Origin: Saprolegnia diclina VS20
Lineage: Eukaryota
Length of the DNA: 20,000 bases
Direction of reading: 5' to 3'
Assembly (NCBI RefSeq): GCF_000281045.1
Contig: NW_008246079.1
Location: 285,815 to 305,814 of the forward strand
The notes under the pieces were generated by a model, which ran no database searches, was not told the DNA's origin, and worked only from the letters and a program-made list of their open reading frames with translations. Shown piece after piece: positions 10,097 through 19,891 of this stretch. Within the stretch, counting starts at the first letter, position 1; each line of letters starts with the position of its first letter. Made by a program: the position numbers and the translations under genes.

Positions 10097-12922
10097 TCAG
10101 GCAGGGCAGAGGTTGGTGCGCACAAGCGACGACGCGACATACTCGCGGCCAAGCACCGAAACATGGTCGAGCCATGGCGACATGCTCGGGTACAAGCGCG
10201 ACGCGGTGCTGCTGAGCGCCAGCCACGCCCGGCGCTGGAGCTCAATCGTGAGCTTGTCCGGGAGGTTGACAGGGTCGAGCCACTTTTGATAGCCCCAGTA
10301 GTACGCTATGCTGAGGCATGTCGACAGCGTCGGGTCGGTGGCCACCGCACTCGCAATGAGACGGCCAGTCATCGCATGCAAAAAGTGATCCACTTGCCCA
10401 TACTGCTGGCTGTGCAGCGTCGCGCGGCCCTTGGCCTCCATCTTGACGATCGCCAAGAGGACGGCTTGCACGTCGGCTTCGGTCGCATAGACCTCTTGGG
10501 GCCGGTTCATGGGTGAGACCGGCGTCCCATATTTCGACAAGTCGATCGTCCCGAACTCGGGGAGGCGTAAGAAGTAGTGCGCAACGTTGCCAATCTCAAC
10601 CTTGGTGATAACGTGCCCAAGGACGGTGACGAACGACGTGCGCTGCACCGGGTCAAAGCGCCCTGCCGCCTGCACCCACACGCGTGTCGCTGCGAGCGTA
10701 CCCGCTTCGCGCGCTTCGTACCATCCGTTGGTCGACCCGGCGTCGCCGGCAGTCATGTAGATAAAGGCGACAGCAGTGTCGGGGTCAGCGACCGCCTTGG
10801 CGACTTGACCGGAAACGAAAAGTTCGTGGTCGTCTTGGTGCGCCGTGAGAAAGAGCGCCGAGGACGTGCGCGTTGGTGGCGCCACGGGCAGCGAGGCTTT
10901 GGGGCTGAGGACGCCAAGCGTCGACCGCGGCCGGTACAAAGCTGTGTACAAGGTGCACTTTTCGGTATAATAGGACGACGCAAAGCAGTTGGACGCCGAC
11001 GGAAGGCATTGGCGGTGGCAGTCGTCGTACGAGAGTGCGGGCACAACAAGCGTCGAGGCCAAGCCGCGCAGCACACGCCGCCCAATCGAAATCGGTGACG
11101 TCGGGTAGTTAACAAACTGGATACTTCGGAGCGGCGATGTTGTCGTCGGCACCGTGCAGCAGGTCTGTGTCGGCTCGTCGTAGAGGAAGAGAACGTTCAC
11201 GGCAGCGTCCGCCTGAGCAGCCACGAGCGCTGCGCAAGCAACAACCGAGGGGATGTTGGTTGCCAAAACGCGCTTGTAGATTTCGTCGCCGACGTCCCGG
11301 TCGGTCATCGTGACGTACTGAAAGCCGTTAAGAGTCTCCGCCCACGTATGCGGGTTCTGCACCCAGCCGGCGACGACGTCGGTGTCGGCATCGACGTGGG
11401 CCACGGGCACGACGACAGCGCAGACGCCACTCTCGACCGTGTACCCGACGCCGGCGCAGTTGTCGGTGCACGCCGCCTGGCACGCTCCGAGCGTCGGTGC
11501 CGGCACGGTTCGCACCAAGGTCGTCGGAAACTCTTGTGGCGCAAACTGAAGAAAGTTGCCGTCTTGATTGCGCATCCAGGTCGTTGCCGGCGCCGACGCG
11601 CTCGGTGCAAACGTGTGCGCCATGCAAAGCTGCGACGCCGCGACAAAGGTAAAGTACGAAAAGCCGTATGTGCTGGCCACGAGCGCACACTCGCCGGCGC
11701 TGCGCACGCGCGGAAAATACCGGACGTGCGCCGACGCAGCGAGAAGAAGCTCGTGCGGCATCCCCGCGTGCTGTGCCTGGAGTGTTTCGTTGGTCATGAT
11801 CCGCTCGAACGCCTCCAGAAACGCCTTATACGCAGACGTCTCGAGCCAGCGCGCTTGCGGCAGCACGCTGTACGCGATGCGCGGCAGCGGATACTCTCCA
11901 AAGATTTGAGTTTGCACTTTGGTCGGACCCGGCGGCTGCGGCGGCGGTGGCGATGTCGAGGGCATGCGCAGCGACCCCGAGCTCGACCCGGGGGCCGACA
12001 CCTTCTTTCCTTGGTTGTTGCGGAGGCTACATACGCCGCTGGACCAGACGTAGAACGTGCACCCGGGCGTGTCGGCGCAATCTTGACAGCACGCGCTCGA
12101 GAGCACATGGCTGGTCGTCGCAAGCTGCGTCCCGTCGTAGGCGACGTCCGGCTCGGGGGCACTACAGCTGCCGGTGCCCGTGGTACCTTTTGAGCCGGCA
12201 ATGGCGCCGGGCGCCACGGACGTCAGGCCTTTCGTGTGCTTGAGGTTGCACACACCCCGACCCGTGTATGTGCTCCAGACATACACAACGCAGTTGGGTG
12301 TCGCGTCGCACTCGGCGCAACACGCGTCGGCCGAGTCCCGGGGAATCGAGACAATGTCGTTGCCAAAGTAGTCGACGTCCTTCTCGACCGTGCAGACGGC
12401 CGCTACCTTGTTAACTAGGGCGGACCGGGCACCCGCGCGAGGTGTGGGGTCGCCCACGAGGCGACGCAAGTAGCAGCGGCCGTTGTCCTCGGGCGTCCAC
12501 ATAAACGCTTGGCACCCCGGCGTTTTGCGGCAGTCGTCGCAACAGTCTTCGGCGCGGCGTTGGAGCGACCACGACATGTCGACGCCGAGGTATTCGGTAT
12601 TTTCAAGCACTGGCGAGCAAAACGGCGAGGAAGGTCCCGGGTTTTTCGCAGCGCGGGCGCCGGGGGCCGGCCCTTGCCACCCGATCGTGTGCTTGAGGTA
12701 GCATGTGGAGGCGCCATTCCAGACGTACACGACGCACCCCGGCGTCGCGGCACAGTCGGCACAGCAGTCCTCCGGGTTGGTCCGTGTCGTGGCTTTGATG
12801 TCGTTCCCACTGTAGTCGACGTCCAGCTCGATCGGAGTACACACCGACGACGACATTGACGCATTATGCTGGCCACTGACGGCGGCCGCCAGCAGCAGCA
12901 ATGGCAGAAGAAAGCGCCGCAT
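10097..12922 (-). CDS. Secreted multi-PAN/apple domain protein with C-terminal PIG-L/LmbE-like de-N-acetylase domain, 941 aa, single exon
   Basis: Signal peptide MRRFLLPLLLLAAAVSG (ATG 12922). Four PAN domains (DVDYxGNDI...CCxxCxxTPGCxxYVW...CxLK) at ~12841-11975, then a Pro-rich linker and several degenerate PAN-like units. The C-terminal domain carries FLTAHQDD (HQDD at 10840-10829), YMTAGDAG, EAREAG, YFLRLPE and DHFLH. Confidence 0.85.
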   Translation of the reverse strand: MRRFLLPLLLLAAAVSGQHNASMSSSVCTPIELDVDYSGNDIKATTRTNPEDCCADCAATPGCVVYVWNGASTCYLKHTIGWQGPAPGARAAKNPGPSSPFCSPVLENTEYLGVDMSWSLQRRAEDCCDDCRKTPGCQAFMWTPEDNGRCYLRRLVGDPTPRAGARSALVNKVAAVCTVEKDVDYFGNDIVSIPRDSADACCAECDATPNCVVYVWSTYTGRGVCNLKHTKGLTSVAPGAIAGSKGTTGTGSCSAPEPDVAYDGTQLATTSHVLSSACCQDCADTPGCTFYVWSSGVCSLRNNQGKKVSAPGSSSGSLRMPSTSPPPPQPPGPTKVQTQIFGEYPLPRIAYSVLPQARWLETSAYKAFLEAFERIMTNETLQAQHAGMPHELLLAASAHVRYFPRVRSAGECALVASTYGFSYFTFVAASQLCMAHTFAPSASAPATTWMRNQDGNFLQFAPQEFPTTLVRTVPAPTLGACQAACTDNCAGVGYTVESGVCAVVVPVAHVDADTDVVAGWVQNPHTWAETLNGFQYVTMTDRDVGDEIYKRVLATNIPSVVACAALVAAQADAAVNVLFLYDEPTQTCCTVPTTTSPLRSIQFVNYPTSPISIGRRVLRGLASTLVVPALSYDDCHRQCLPSASNCFASSYYTEKCTLYTALYRPRSTLGVLSPKASLPVAPPTRTSSALFLTAHQDDHELFVSGQVAKAVADPDTAVAFIYMTAGDAGSTNGWYEAREAGTLAATRVWVQAAGRFDPVQRTSFVTVLGHVITKVEIGNVAHYFLRLPEFGTIDLSKYGTPVSPMNRPQEVYATEADVQAVLLAIVKMEAKGRATLHSQQYGQVDHFLHAMTGRLIASAVATDPTLSTCLSIAYYWGYQKWLDPVNLPDKLTIELQRRAWLALSSTASRLYPSMSPWLDHVSVLGREYVASSLVRTNLCPA

Positions 12923-13044
12923 GCCAAGACGGACGTAAATTGCTGACTGCGCGAGCGGTGACGATCGCGCGGGCATGAGCAGCGCTCGCCAAATCAGACG
13001 CAGACAGGCGGGCGATGGTCTGATCACAACTCAGAACTTATGGA

Positions 13045-13116
13045 TGCGATTGGCTAGAACCGGCGAATCACATGACGTCTTGCTTCATGCTAAGCCAATC
13101 AAAGCCACGATTGGAC
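13045..13116. promoter_or_regulatory. CCAAT-box cluster plus a TGACGT motif upstream of the PAN-deacetylase gene
   Basis: ATTGG at 13049-13053, TGACGT near 13073, CCAAT at 13095-13099 and ATTGG at 13110-13114, about 130-190 nt from ATG 12922. Confidence 0.45.
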
Positions 13117-14226
13117 GGCTAGATACCGCCCTTGACGGCTTCGCCTTCCCGCCAACTGGCAAAGTGGACTGTAGCTGTTGACGGAAGCACGTCGACGGCC
13201 TTTGGCTGCAGATTCGCATGTCGTGACTCGACGATGCGTGCAGCACGTGACCATGTCACTTACAATGGACGGTTGAACGAGTGAAAAAGTAGGAGGTAGC
13301 AAGCTATTGCGTCGGTTCGCTGAGGGTGCTCAGACGGCATGCTGCGGCGTCTTGTATCTGAGAACAGCCCCGTCAACGTGTACTCCTACCTTCGCTAGCA
13401 TAGGAACCCGCCTTTCTGTGTCCGAGTTCAACTTTGGAGGAGTACATTGTAGCGTGAATCCCAAGCGGCCAGAGTACGGGTCGACTAATAGTATGTACCT
13501 ACTAAAAGACTAATTTCATAGTATGTACCGACTACACGCGAGGAGGGTGGGCGCAAGGATTAGGGACCTTGGTTAGACGATCTCGTCCATCGTGTTGCTC
13601 AAGTGGCGACTCGAACTCTGCTTTGTGGGTCCACACTCGCGGGGCTCAGGCTGGGTGGACGCTCGCTGTGTTTCGTACAGAGCGGCAGTACCAGGCCCGA
13701 GAAGACTCGCATTTGATCTTGAAGATGCATATTGATGACTTTCGCAGTTGAGCCATGCGGCCATTGAGAGGAGTGCTATGCGTCTGGCTTGTCAGACTCT
13801 TGAGATCGTGGTCATCAGCAAAGAAAGAAGCGTTGCCTGTTGCAAAAGCATCTTGGTGGTGATCTGACGCTGCCAGTGGTGTTCCGATATATGCTCCGCG
13901 TTGCACCAAACCGGCCAACAACCATATCCTTCTCGAGACGCCGAGGTTGTCGGCGTATTCTGGGTACTGCATCGGTGCCGTATGTGCTCTGTCCCTCGCG
14001 ATCCAAGCGTCTCTTAGAGCAGCTGATGCGAACCATTCGAGCGGTCGATGCCTGCTTCGTTGCTCGGCACATTGATGTCTCGCCCAAAATTTACAGTGTA
14101 AAAGACAGTGTATCATGCACGAAAAACAGTGTCTCGACGAATCGTCGTGCGTCGGGTTGTGGATCCATACCGCCCTGTGATTGGCTGTTCTTGACCAATG
14201 GCCTCTCGAGGGCCAGAAAGGCCGGA

Positions 14227-15033
14227 ATGGCTCCGTTCGACGCCGTCGTGCGTGGCCCCAAGGCGCCCGCGCCGCTCGCGCGGCTGCATGGCCTGCCGTA
14301 CTTTGTGATCGCACAGATCATCTTCGCCACCAACGTATTTGTGCTCATCAACTGGTACGGCGCGATCGGCGCGCTCGCCGGCCTCGGTCTCGGCGTCTTG
14401 GGCTCGGTCCTCGACGCGCTCGTCTCCAACAGCTTTGGCCGCAACGTGCTCGTGCTGCGCTACAATGGCTTCTCCGACTGGTCCGTGCTTTGTGCGATGG
14501 CTCTCGCGCTTCTCGGCGGGCAGCTCATGAACGTCATTGTGATCGAGCACCTTGCCGGCCCTGCCGCCGTCGCCGACCTCTTGGCCGCGTCGTCGTACAC
14601 GCCATGGACGCTCGTTGGCGTGCTCGTCAACATTGGCATGAGCGAAGTGCTCTTCTACAAAGGCCATCAGTTTCTCCACGAGATGTGCCCAGAGCTGCAC
14701 TTGATGCACCACTGCTGCCTCCGACCGACGGGGTCGAGCAACCTCATTTCCGACCCACGCGACTTGGCGATTGAGCTCGGCGGCCCCGGCGCCATCTTGA
14801 TCATGAACCACTTTCTTCTCTGGGACGAAGACGCGACGGTCCTCCTCCTCTCGTACCTCTTTGTGACGTGGTACTACACCATCACGCACCACGAGTGGCT
14901 CGCCACGTATCACATCAAGCACCACACGCGCCTGGACGCTGTCTACACGGTCTACATCAACCAGCGCGGCGACGCCCGACTCGACAAGATCAAGAATCTT
15001 CTCAAGCGGCCCCCCAAGCACGTGCTACAGTAG
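14227..15033 (+). CDS. Fatty acid hydroxylase / sterol desaturase superfamily membrane di-iron enzyme, 268 aa
   Basis: Histidine boxes FYKGHQFLH, HLMHH, TITHH and HIKHH, with several hydrophobic segments. Start MAPFDAVV at 14227 is preferred because GC3-rich codons begin there and CCAAT boxes lie at 14180 and 14195. Confidence 0.85.
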   Translation: MAPFDAVVRGPKAPAPLARLHGLPYFVIAQIIFATNVFVLINWYGAIGALAGLGLGVLGSVLDALVSNSFGRNVLVLRYNGFSDWSVLCAMALALLGGQLMNVIVIEHLAGPAAVADLLAASSYTPWTLVGVLVNIGMSEVLFYKGHQFLHEMCPELHLMHHCCLRPTGSSNLISDPRDLAIELGGPGAILIMNHFLLWDEDATVLLLSYLFVTWYYTITHHEWLATYHIKHHTRLDAVYTVYINQRGDARLDKIKNLLKRPPKHVLQ

Positions 15034-15449
15034 CTCCATACCGGTCGCCGCCAAGGGCCGTCCTACCCTCATGCAGCAGTACTATGTCACTAGGGTTAAC
15101 CTCGTGTTTTCTTGGGGCATGTCGAGCTCTTTGGTTGAGGTTTTGCATTGGGGTAGCGAGTAATCTAGCGGAGGGATCGTGTGTGACGTAGTTTGGACTC
15201 GTCGGTGGACGGGATCATGTGCATTGAAGTGCAACATACCCTGCCCCAAACCTCGGGTTTTCTTGGCATATTGCCCTACCGCGCTAGCGTGCGGACACCG
15301 GCTACCGCCGGGTGCCCTCGCATCGCGCAAAAAGCCGTTCTTCAATGAAAAGCTCGATTCATAATGTCGAATACCAATGCGACAAGAAGACTATGTCATG
15401 AGATTACAATCAAAAAGCTAGAAGATGCAGCAGTGAGCAACAGCGGTAT

Positions 15450-17116
15450 TTAACGCAGCGGCGCGCCAAGCGCGTGGTTGACCGAGCTCTTGCACTCGAC
15501 GCCCTGCGACGCCGTGTGGTTGGTGTTGGGGATGTACCAGCAGTGGCCACGCGCAATGCCACCGGGGACGGTCGCCGACAAGTTGAAGCCGCCAAAGACC
15601 CAGTCCTTATCGAACGAGACCCACTGCACCTTGAGCCAGTCCTTGGAGAACGTGAGCTCCATAAAGCCGTACGGGTTGCCGGCCGCGGCCCACTGGTTGT
15701 CGATGAGCGCGTTGTGTTCGCCGACGGCCGTGTCGGTGCGGATACCGCCGCCGCCGCCGTTCTCAAAAAAGTGGGTGCCCCACGCCGACTTGTCGTGCGA
15801 GAAGCCGTGCGTGTGGCCGTTGAACCACGCGTTCACGTTGCCGTCCTGCAGCAGCTTGTACCAGCGCATGTACTTGGGCGGGCTCATATGGTAGTGCGGC
15901 GAGTAGTGCGTGTTGATGATCTTGAAGGTCGCGGTCGACGCCTTGATGTCACGCTCGGCCTGCGTGTACGAGTCCTGCGACCACGCCTCGATCTCGGCCA
16001 TGCACGCACGGTACATGGTCACGTTGCCACCCATGCACTGGGGCATGCCTTCGTTCGCGGCTTCGCAGCCCGCGTTCGAGATGCCCATCTTGGCCGAGTA
16101 GCCAAAGCACTGGCAGCAGATCTGGCGCGCGCCGTGGCTGTCGGCGTGGTTCGTGTCCAAGTTGAAGATGTCGACCGAGACGCCGTCCTTCTCGTACGAC
16201 TCGACGTAGTAGTGATCGCGCAGCACCCACCGGTCGCCGTTCGGGCTCTTGTAGTTTTGCTGGAGCTTGAAGTGCTGGTTGAGAAAGAAGAGCATCTCTT
16301 CGGTCGACTTGCACTCGTAGTACCGGTCTTCTTGGTGGCCGCAGAGGTACGACGAGCCAGCAATGTCGTGGTTGCCAAGCACGTTGAGCCACTTGATGCC
16401 GGCGAGCGACGGCTGCGAGTACATGCGCTCGTACGTATCCGCGAACCGGTAGTGCACGTCCCACGACCCGACGCCGTTCCAGTAAAAGTTGTCGCCGTGC
16501 CCGAGGACGTACACGGGCTTGAGACCCCGGTCGGCAAACTGCGCCGCCGACTGCGCGAGGATGTTGGCCACGTAGTGCTGCGAGTAGTAGTCGACCATGT
16601 ACCGCTTCAGACGCGTGTTGACCTTGCCCGCGTACATGCGGCAGCAGCTGCCAGGGTTGCCAAACTGCTTGCCGTACGTCGCGCCCCAATCACCGATCGC
16701 AAGGATCGAGAACACCGGCGCCTGCGTCTCCGGGTCCGAGCCGGGCAGCGACTTGTTGGTCATCGCCGCCGTGAGGCCCACGTGCCCAGGCACGTGCGTG
16801 GCCGAGACCTCGGGCGTCGCGATCAACGCACCCGGCGCCTTGACGTCGGCGACCGTCGTCACGGCGCCCGACGAGTGCAATGCAAGGTACACCACGGTCG
16901 AGACACCGACAATGGCGACGGCGGCGAGCAGCACGCTCTTCTTGGTCTACGGCATCGTGAGCGTCGTGGTAGACATGAGAAAGAAAGGACGTACGATGGC
17001 GGCAAAGCGCGACGGCGGCGCGTCGTCTTGGTGCAGGAGCGAGTCGGCTTCGCGCTAGTAGAGCGAGCACGCTGAGCGAGGGACGCTGGAAGAGGACGTA
17101 CCTGGGTCGACGCCAT
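15450..17116 (-). CDS. Calcineurin-like metallophosphoesterase (purple/tartrate-resistant acid phosphatase-like), type II membrane anchor, paralog A, ~523 aa
   Basis: Exons 17116-17102 (MASTQ), 17054-16995 and 16946-15450; introns of 47 and 48 nt. TM segment VLLAAVAIVGVSTVVYLAL. Metal-ligand motifs GDWG, GDNFY, GNHD, INTH and GHTH. Confidence 0.88.
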
Positions 17117-18139
17117 GGCAGAAATTGAGTTCTGCCACCAACCAGCCGTCGGCTGAAAGGCATCGTGGGTGAGATATGAGAAAGGACATGGCAGTGAAAA
17201 ACCTCGCATACTTGATATACTGTGTAGCTGGATCAAATGACTCGCAGCGGCTACGACCTGGCATTGGCACATCAAGACGAGAGCACTGCCATGTACCGGT
17301 AGCAGAATGCAGCCCTGCACCAATGTAAGCTTACGTGCATCAACCGTTGAAGTCTCTGTGGTGGGAAGTAGTGCCAATAAAAGCTGCAAAGCGGACGTCG
17401 CCATCCTACATCACAGCGAAACTACGATGCGAGAGGATGCACCTGGAATGTGGGAGTGGGCACGGCTTGCTTGCACTGGACACTTAGTACTAGCGTGTTG
17501 GAATAGAGCTTGCTGACAGTGGCGCGACCGTCCTGTGAGGAACCCGAAAGCAGAGTCAGGAGGCAGCCAGTGGCTCAACCCTCGCTAACTTGATATCCTG
17601 TGGAAGTCAATACTTCAAGATGGTCAGGTCGCCGACTGCTATCACTTGCCCAGCCCGTCAACACCCGCCGTGGCGCGCCAGCCAATCTCTCCAAGACGTT
17701 CCCGGTTCCTTCGTCAGTAGACGTCCTCTGTCATTCCTGCTGGAGGTACGGGGAGTGCGCTTGCGTTACGGCTTGCGGCGTAGGCCAAGTCCACTCTTCT
17801 TCGCACATCACTGCCACTTGAGGCCAGTTGCATAGCCCCAACGCTTCCCATCCATCAGATGCCGCAGCTGCCGCGAACATCCGCGACGTCCGCCGCCACC
17901 AAGCCAGTGAGTATGCATAGACAAGCACGCTTGCTGGTTCGAGTCAGGGCCAAGTCATCGCTATGCTTGGGCCTACCGCTCTCTGCTCGCTGCTCTTCCA
18001 TTGTCGTGGCGATCTTGGGTGCTGTGGCACTCGACCTCGGAACAGCCATGTGCCGCAAGCTGGTCGACCGAGCTGGTCGAGCTCAGATCACACATATAGA
18101 TCTTATAAAACCACGATTCATCACTTAGATCCAAGTGCT

Positions 18140-19891
18140 TCACGCCCGGATCGGGGCACCGAGCGGCGTGTCGATCGAGCTCTTGCACTCGACGCCGAGA
18201 GCTCCGCTCGCCGTGTAGTTGGCACTCGGGATGAACCAGCAGTGGCCGCGCGCGAGGCCGCCTTGCTTGGTCGCTGCATAGTCGGTGCCGCCAAAGACCC
18301 AGTCCTTATCAAAGGTCACAAATTGCACCTTGAGCCAGTCTTTCGAGAAGCTGAGCTCCATAAAGCCGTACGGGTTGCCACCAGCGATCCACTTGCTACG
18401 AGTTCACATATGAGACCGCGTCCATGGTCGGTGTACGTACTTGTTGACGGTCGCGCTCGTGACGCCCGACGACGTCTCGGTGATGATGCCACCGCCGCCA
18501 CCGTTCTCAAAGAAGTGCGTGCCCCACGTCGACACATCGTGGTTGAAGCCGTGCGTGTGGCCGTTGAACCAGGCTTGGACGTTCGTCGACTTGCAGAGGT
18601 CGTACCAGGCCTGCATCTTGGGCGGGCTCATGTGGTACTGCGGCGAGTAGTGCGTGTTGATGATCTTGAAGTCGGCTGTCGACGCGGCAATGTCCCGCGT
18701 CGCCTGCTTGAGCGAGTCGTCGGCCCAGTCCGTGATCGTCTGCATGCACGTGTTGTACATGTTGGCGTCGCCACCGGCGCACGCCTTGTCACCGGCGTTG
18801 ACGTTGTTGCACTTGCTCTCGTCGTAGCCGTACTTCATCGAGTAGCCGTAGCACTGGCAGCACACTTGGCGGGCGCCGTGGCTGTCGGCGTAGTTGGTGT
18901 CGACGTTGAAGATGTCGACCGAGACACCGTTCTTACTCACGCGCTCGACATAGTAGTGGTCCTTCATGAGCCACCGGTCGCCGTTCGGGCTCTTGTAGTT
19001 CTTCTGGAGGTCGAAGCGCTCGTTGAGGTACTTGAGCATCTCGGCCGTCGACGAGCACTCGACAAATGCATCGTCCTTCTCGCCGCAGATAAAGCTCGAG
19101 CCGCCAATGTCGTGATTGCCGGCGACGTTGACCCACTTGATACCGGCGAGCGATGGCTGGTTGTACATGTCTTCGAACGTCGTCTGGAAGCGGTACGCGG
19201 CGTCGAGCGACCCGACGCCATTCCAGTAGACGTTGTCGCCGTGGCCAAGGATGCGCACCGGCGAAAGCTCCTTCGCCGACTGCGCGAGGAGCGTTGCGAC
19301 GTGCTTCTGCGACCAAAAGTCGACCTTGTAGCGCGGCAGGTCCGTGTTGAGCTTGTTCGTGGTCTTGTACAAGACGCAGCACGAGCCCGGGTTGCCACTC
19401 TCCTTGCCAGTCGTGCTGCCCCAGTCGCCGATCGCGAGCATCGTCACCGCTGTCGTCTGCGTCTCGGGGTCGGACGTCGGGTTAGCCGGCACGATCGGCT
19501 TGCCGTTCGACGATGTCGGCGTCGGCGTCGAGACACCGGGCGCAACTGTCTCGCCTGTCGCCGTCGTGTCGCCCGGGCGGGACGTACCGGTCGGCGCGGT
19601 TGTCGCTCCGTTGTTGTTGTTGTTGTTGCCGTCGGACGCTTGCGACGACGTGCTCTTCTTGGTCACGAGCACGCCCACGGTCGTGCCCACGACGGCGGCG
19701 ACGACGACGAGTGCGACGCCAACGATGATCAGCTTGCGCTTGTTCTACACGGTAGATCCCCATGAGCTTTCGTCGCCTGCAGGTACATGGCGGCGTACGC
19801 TCTTGGTCTCGGGCGCCGGCAGCTCCGTGTGGATGTCCACGGGCTGGAGCGACGACTGCTGCACGTACGGGGACGCTGGACCGCCTGCCAT
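18140..19891 (-). CDS. Calcineurin-like metallophosphoesterase (purple/tartrate-resistant acid phosphatase-like), type II membrane anchor, paralog B, ~550 aa
   Basis: Exons 19891-19799, 19744-18441 and 18395-18140; introns of 54 nt (an alternative donor at 19786 is possible) and 45 nt. TM segment LIIVGVALVVVAAVVGTTVGVLV, then an S/T/P/N-rich stalk. Motifs GDWG, GDNVY, GNHD, INTH and GHTH. Colinear with paralog A. Confidence 0.88.
19610..19627 (-). repeat. (AAC)6 coding microsatellite, poly-Asn in the phosphatase stalk
   Basis: gtt x6 on the + strand, encoding the Asn run in DGNNNNNNGA. Confidence 0.9.

Noticed and set aside
13840..14226. N-terminal extension of the hydroxylase ORF (similar extensions at 6672-6833 and 12923-13027)
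   Set aside because: Lacks coding-like codon bias; the hydroxylase extension begins at a non-ATG codon and contains CCAAT boxes, and downstream ATGs give sensible targeting peptides for the other two.
17531..17561. Hammerhead-like CTGTGAG...CGAAA...GTC
   Set aside because: The core is not CUGANGA and stems I and III cannot form.
17930..17950. B-box-like GGTTCGAGTC (a similar motif lies on the - strand near 13605-13618)
   Set aside because: No full T-stem, acceptor stem or cloverleaf, so not a tRNA.
15474..19765. Long + strand ORFs (533 aa at 15474-17075 and 600 aa at 17963-19765)
   Set aside because: Antisense shadows of the GC3-rich phosphatase genes; V/R/A-rich and without motifs.
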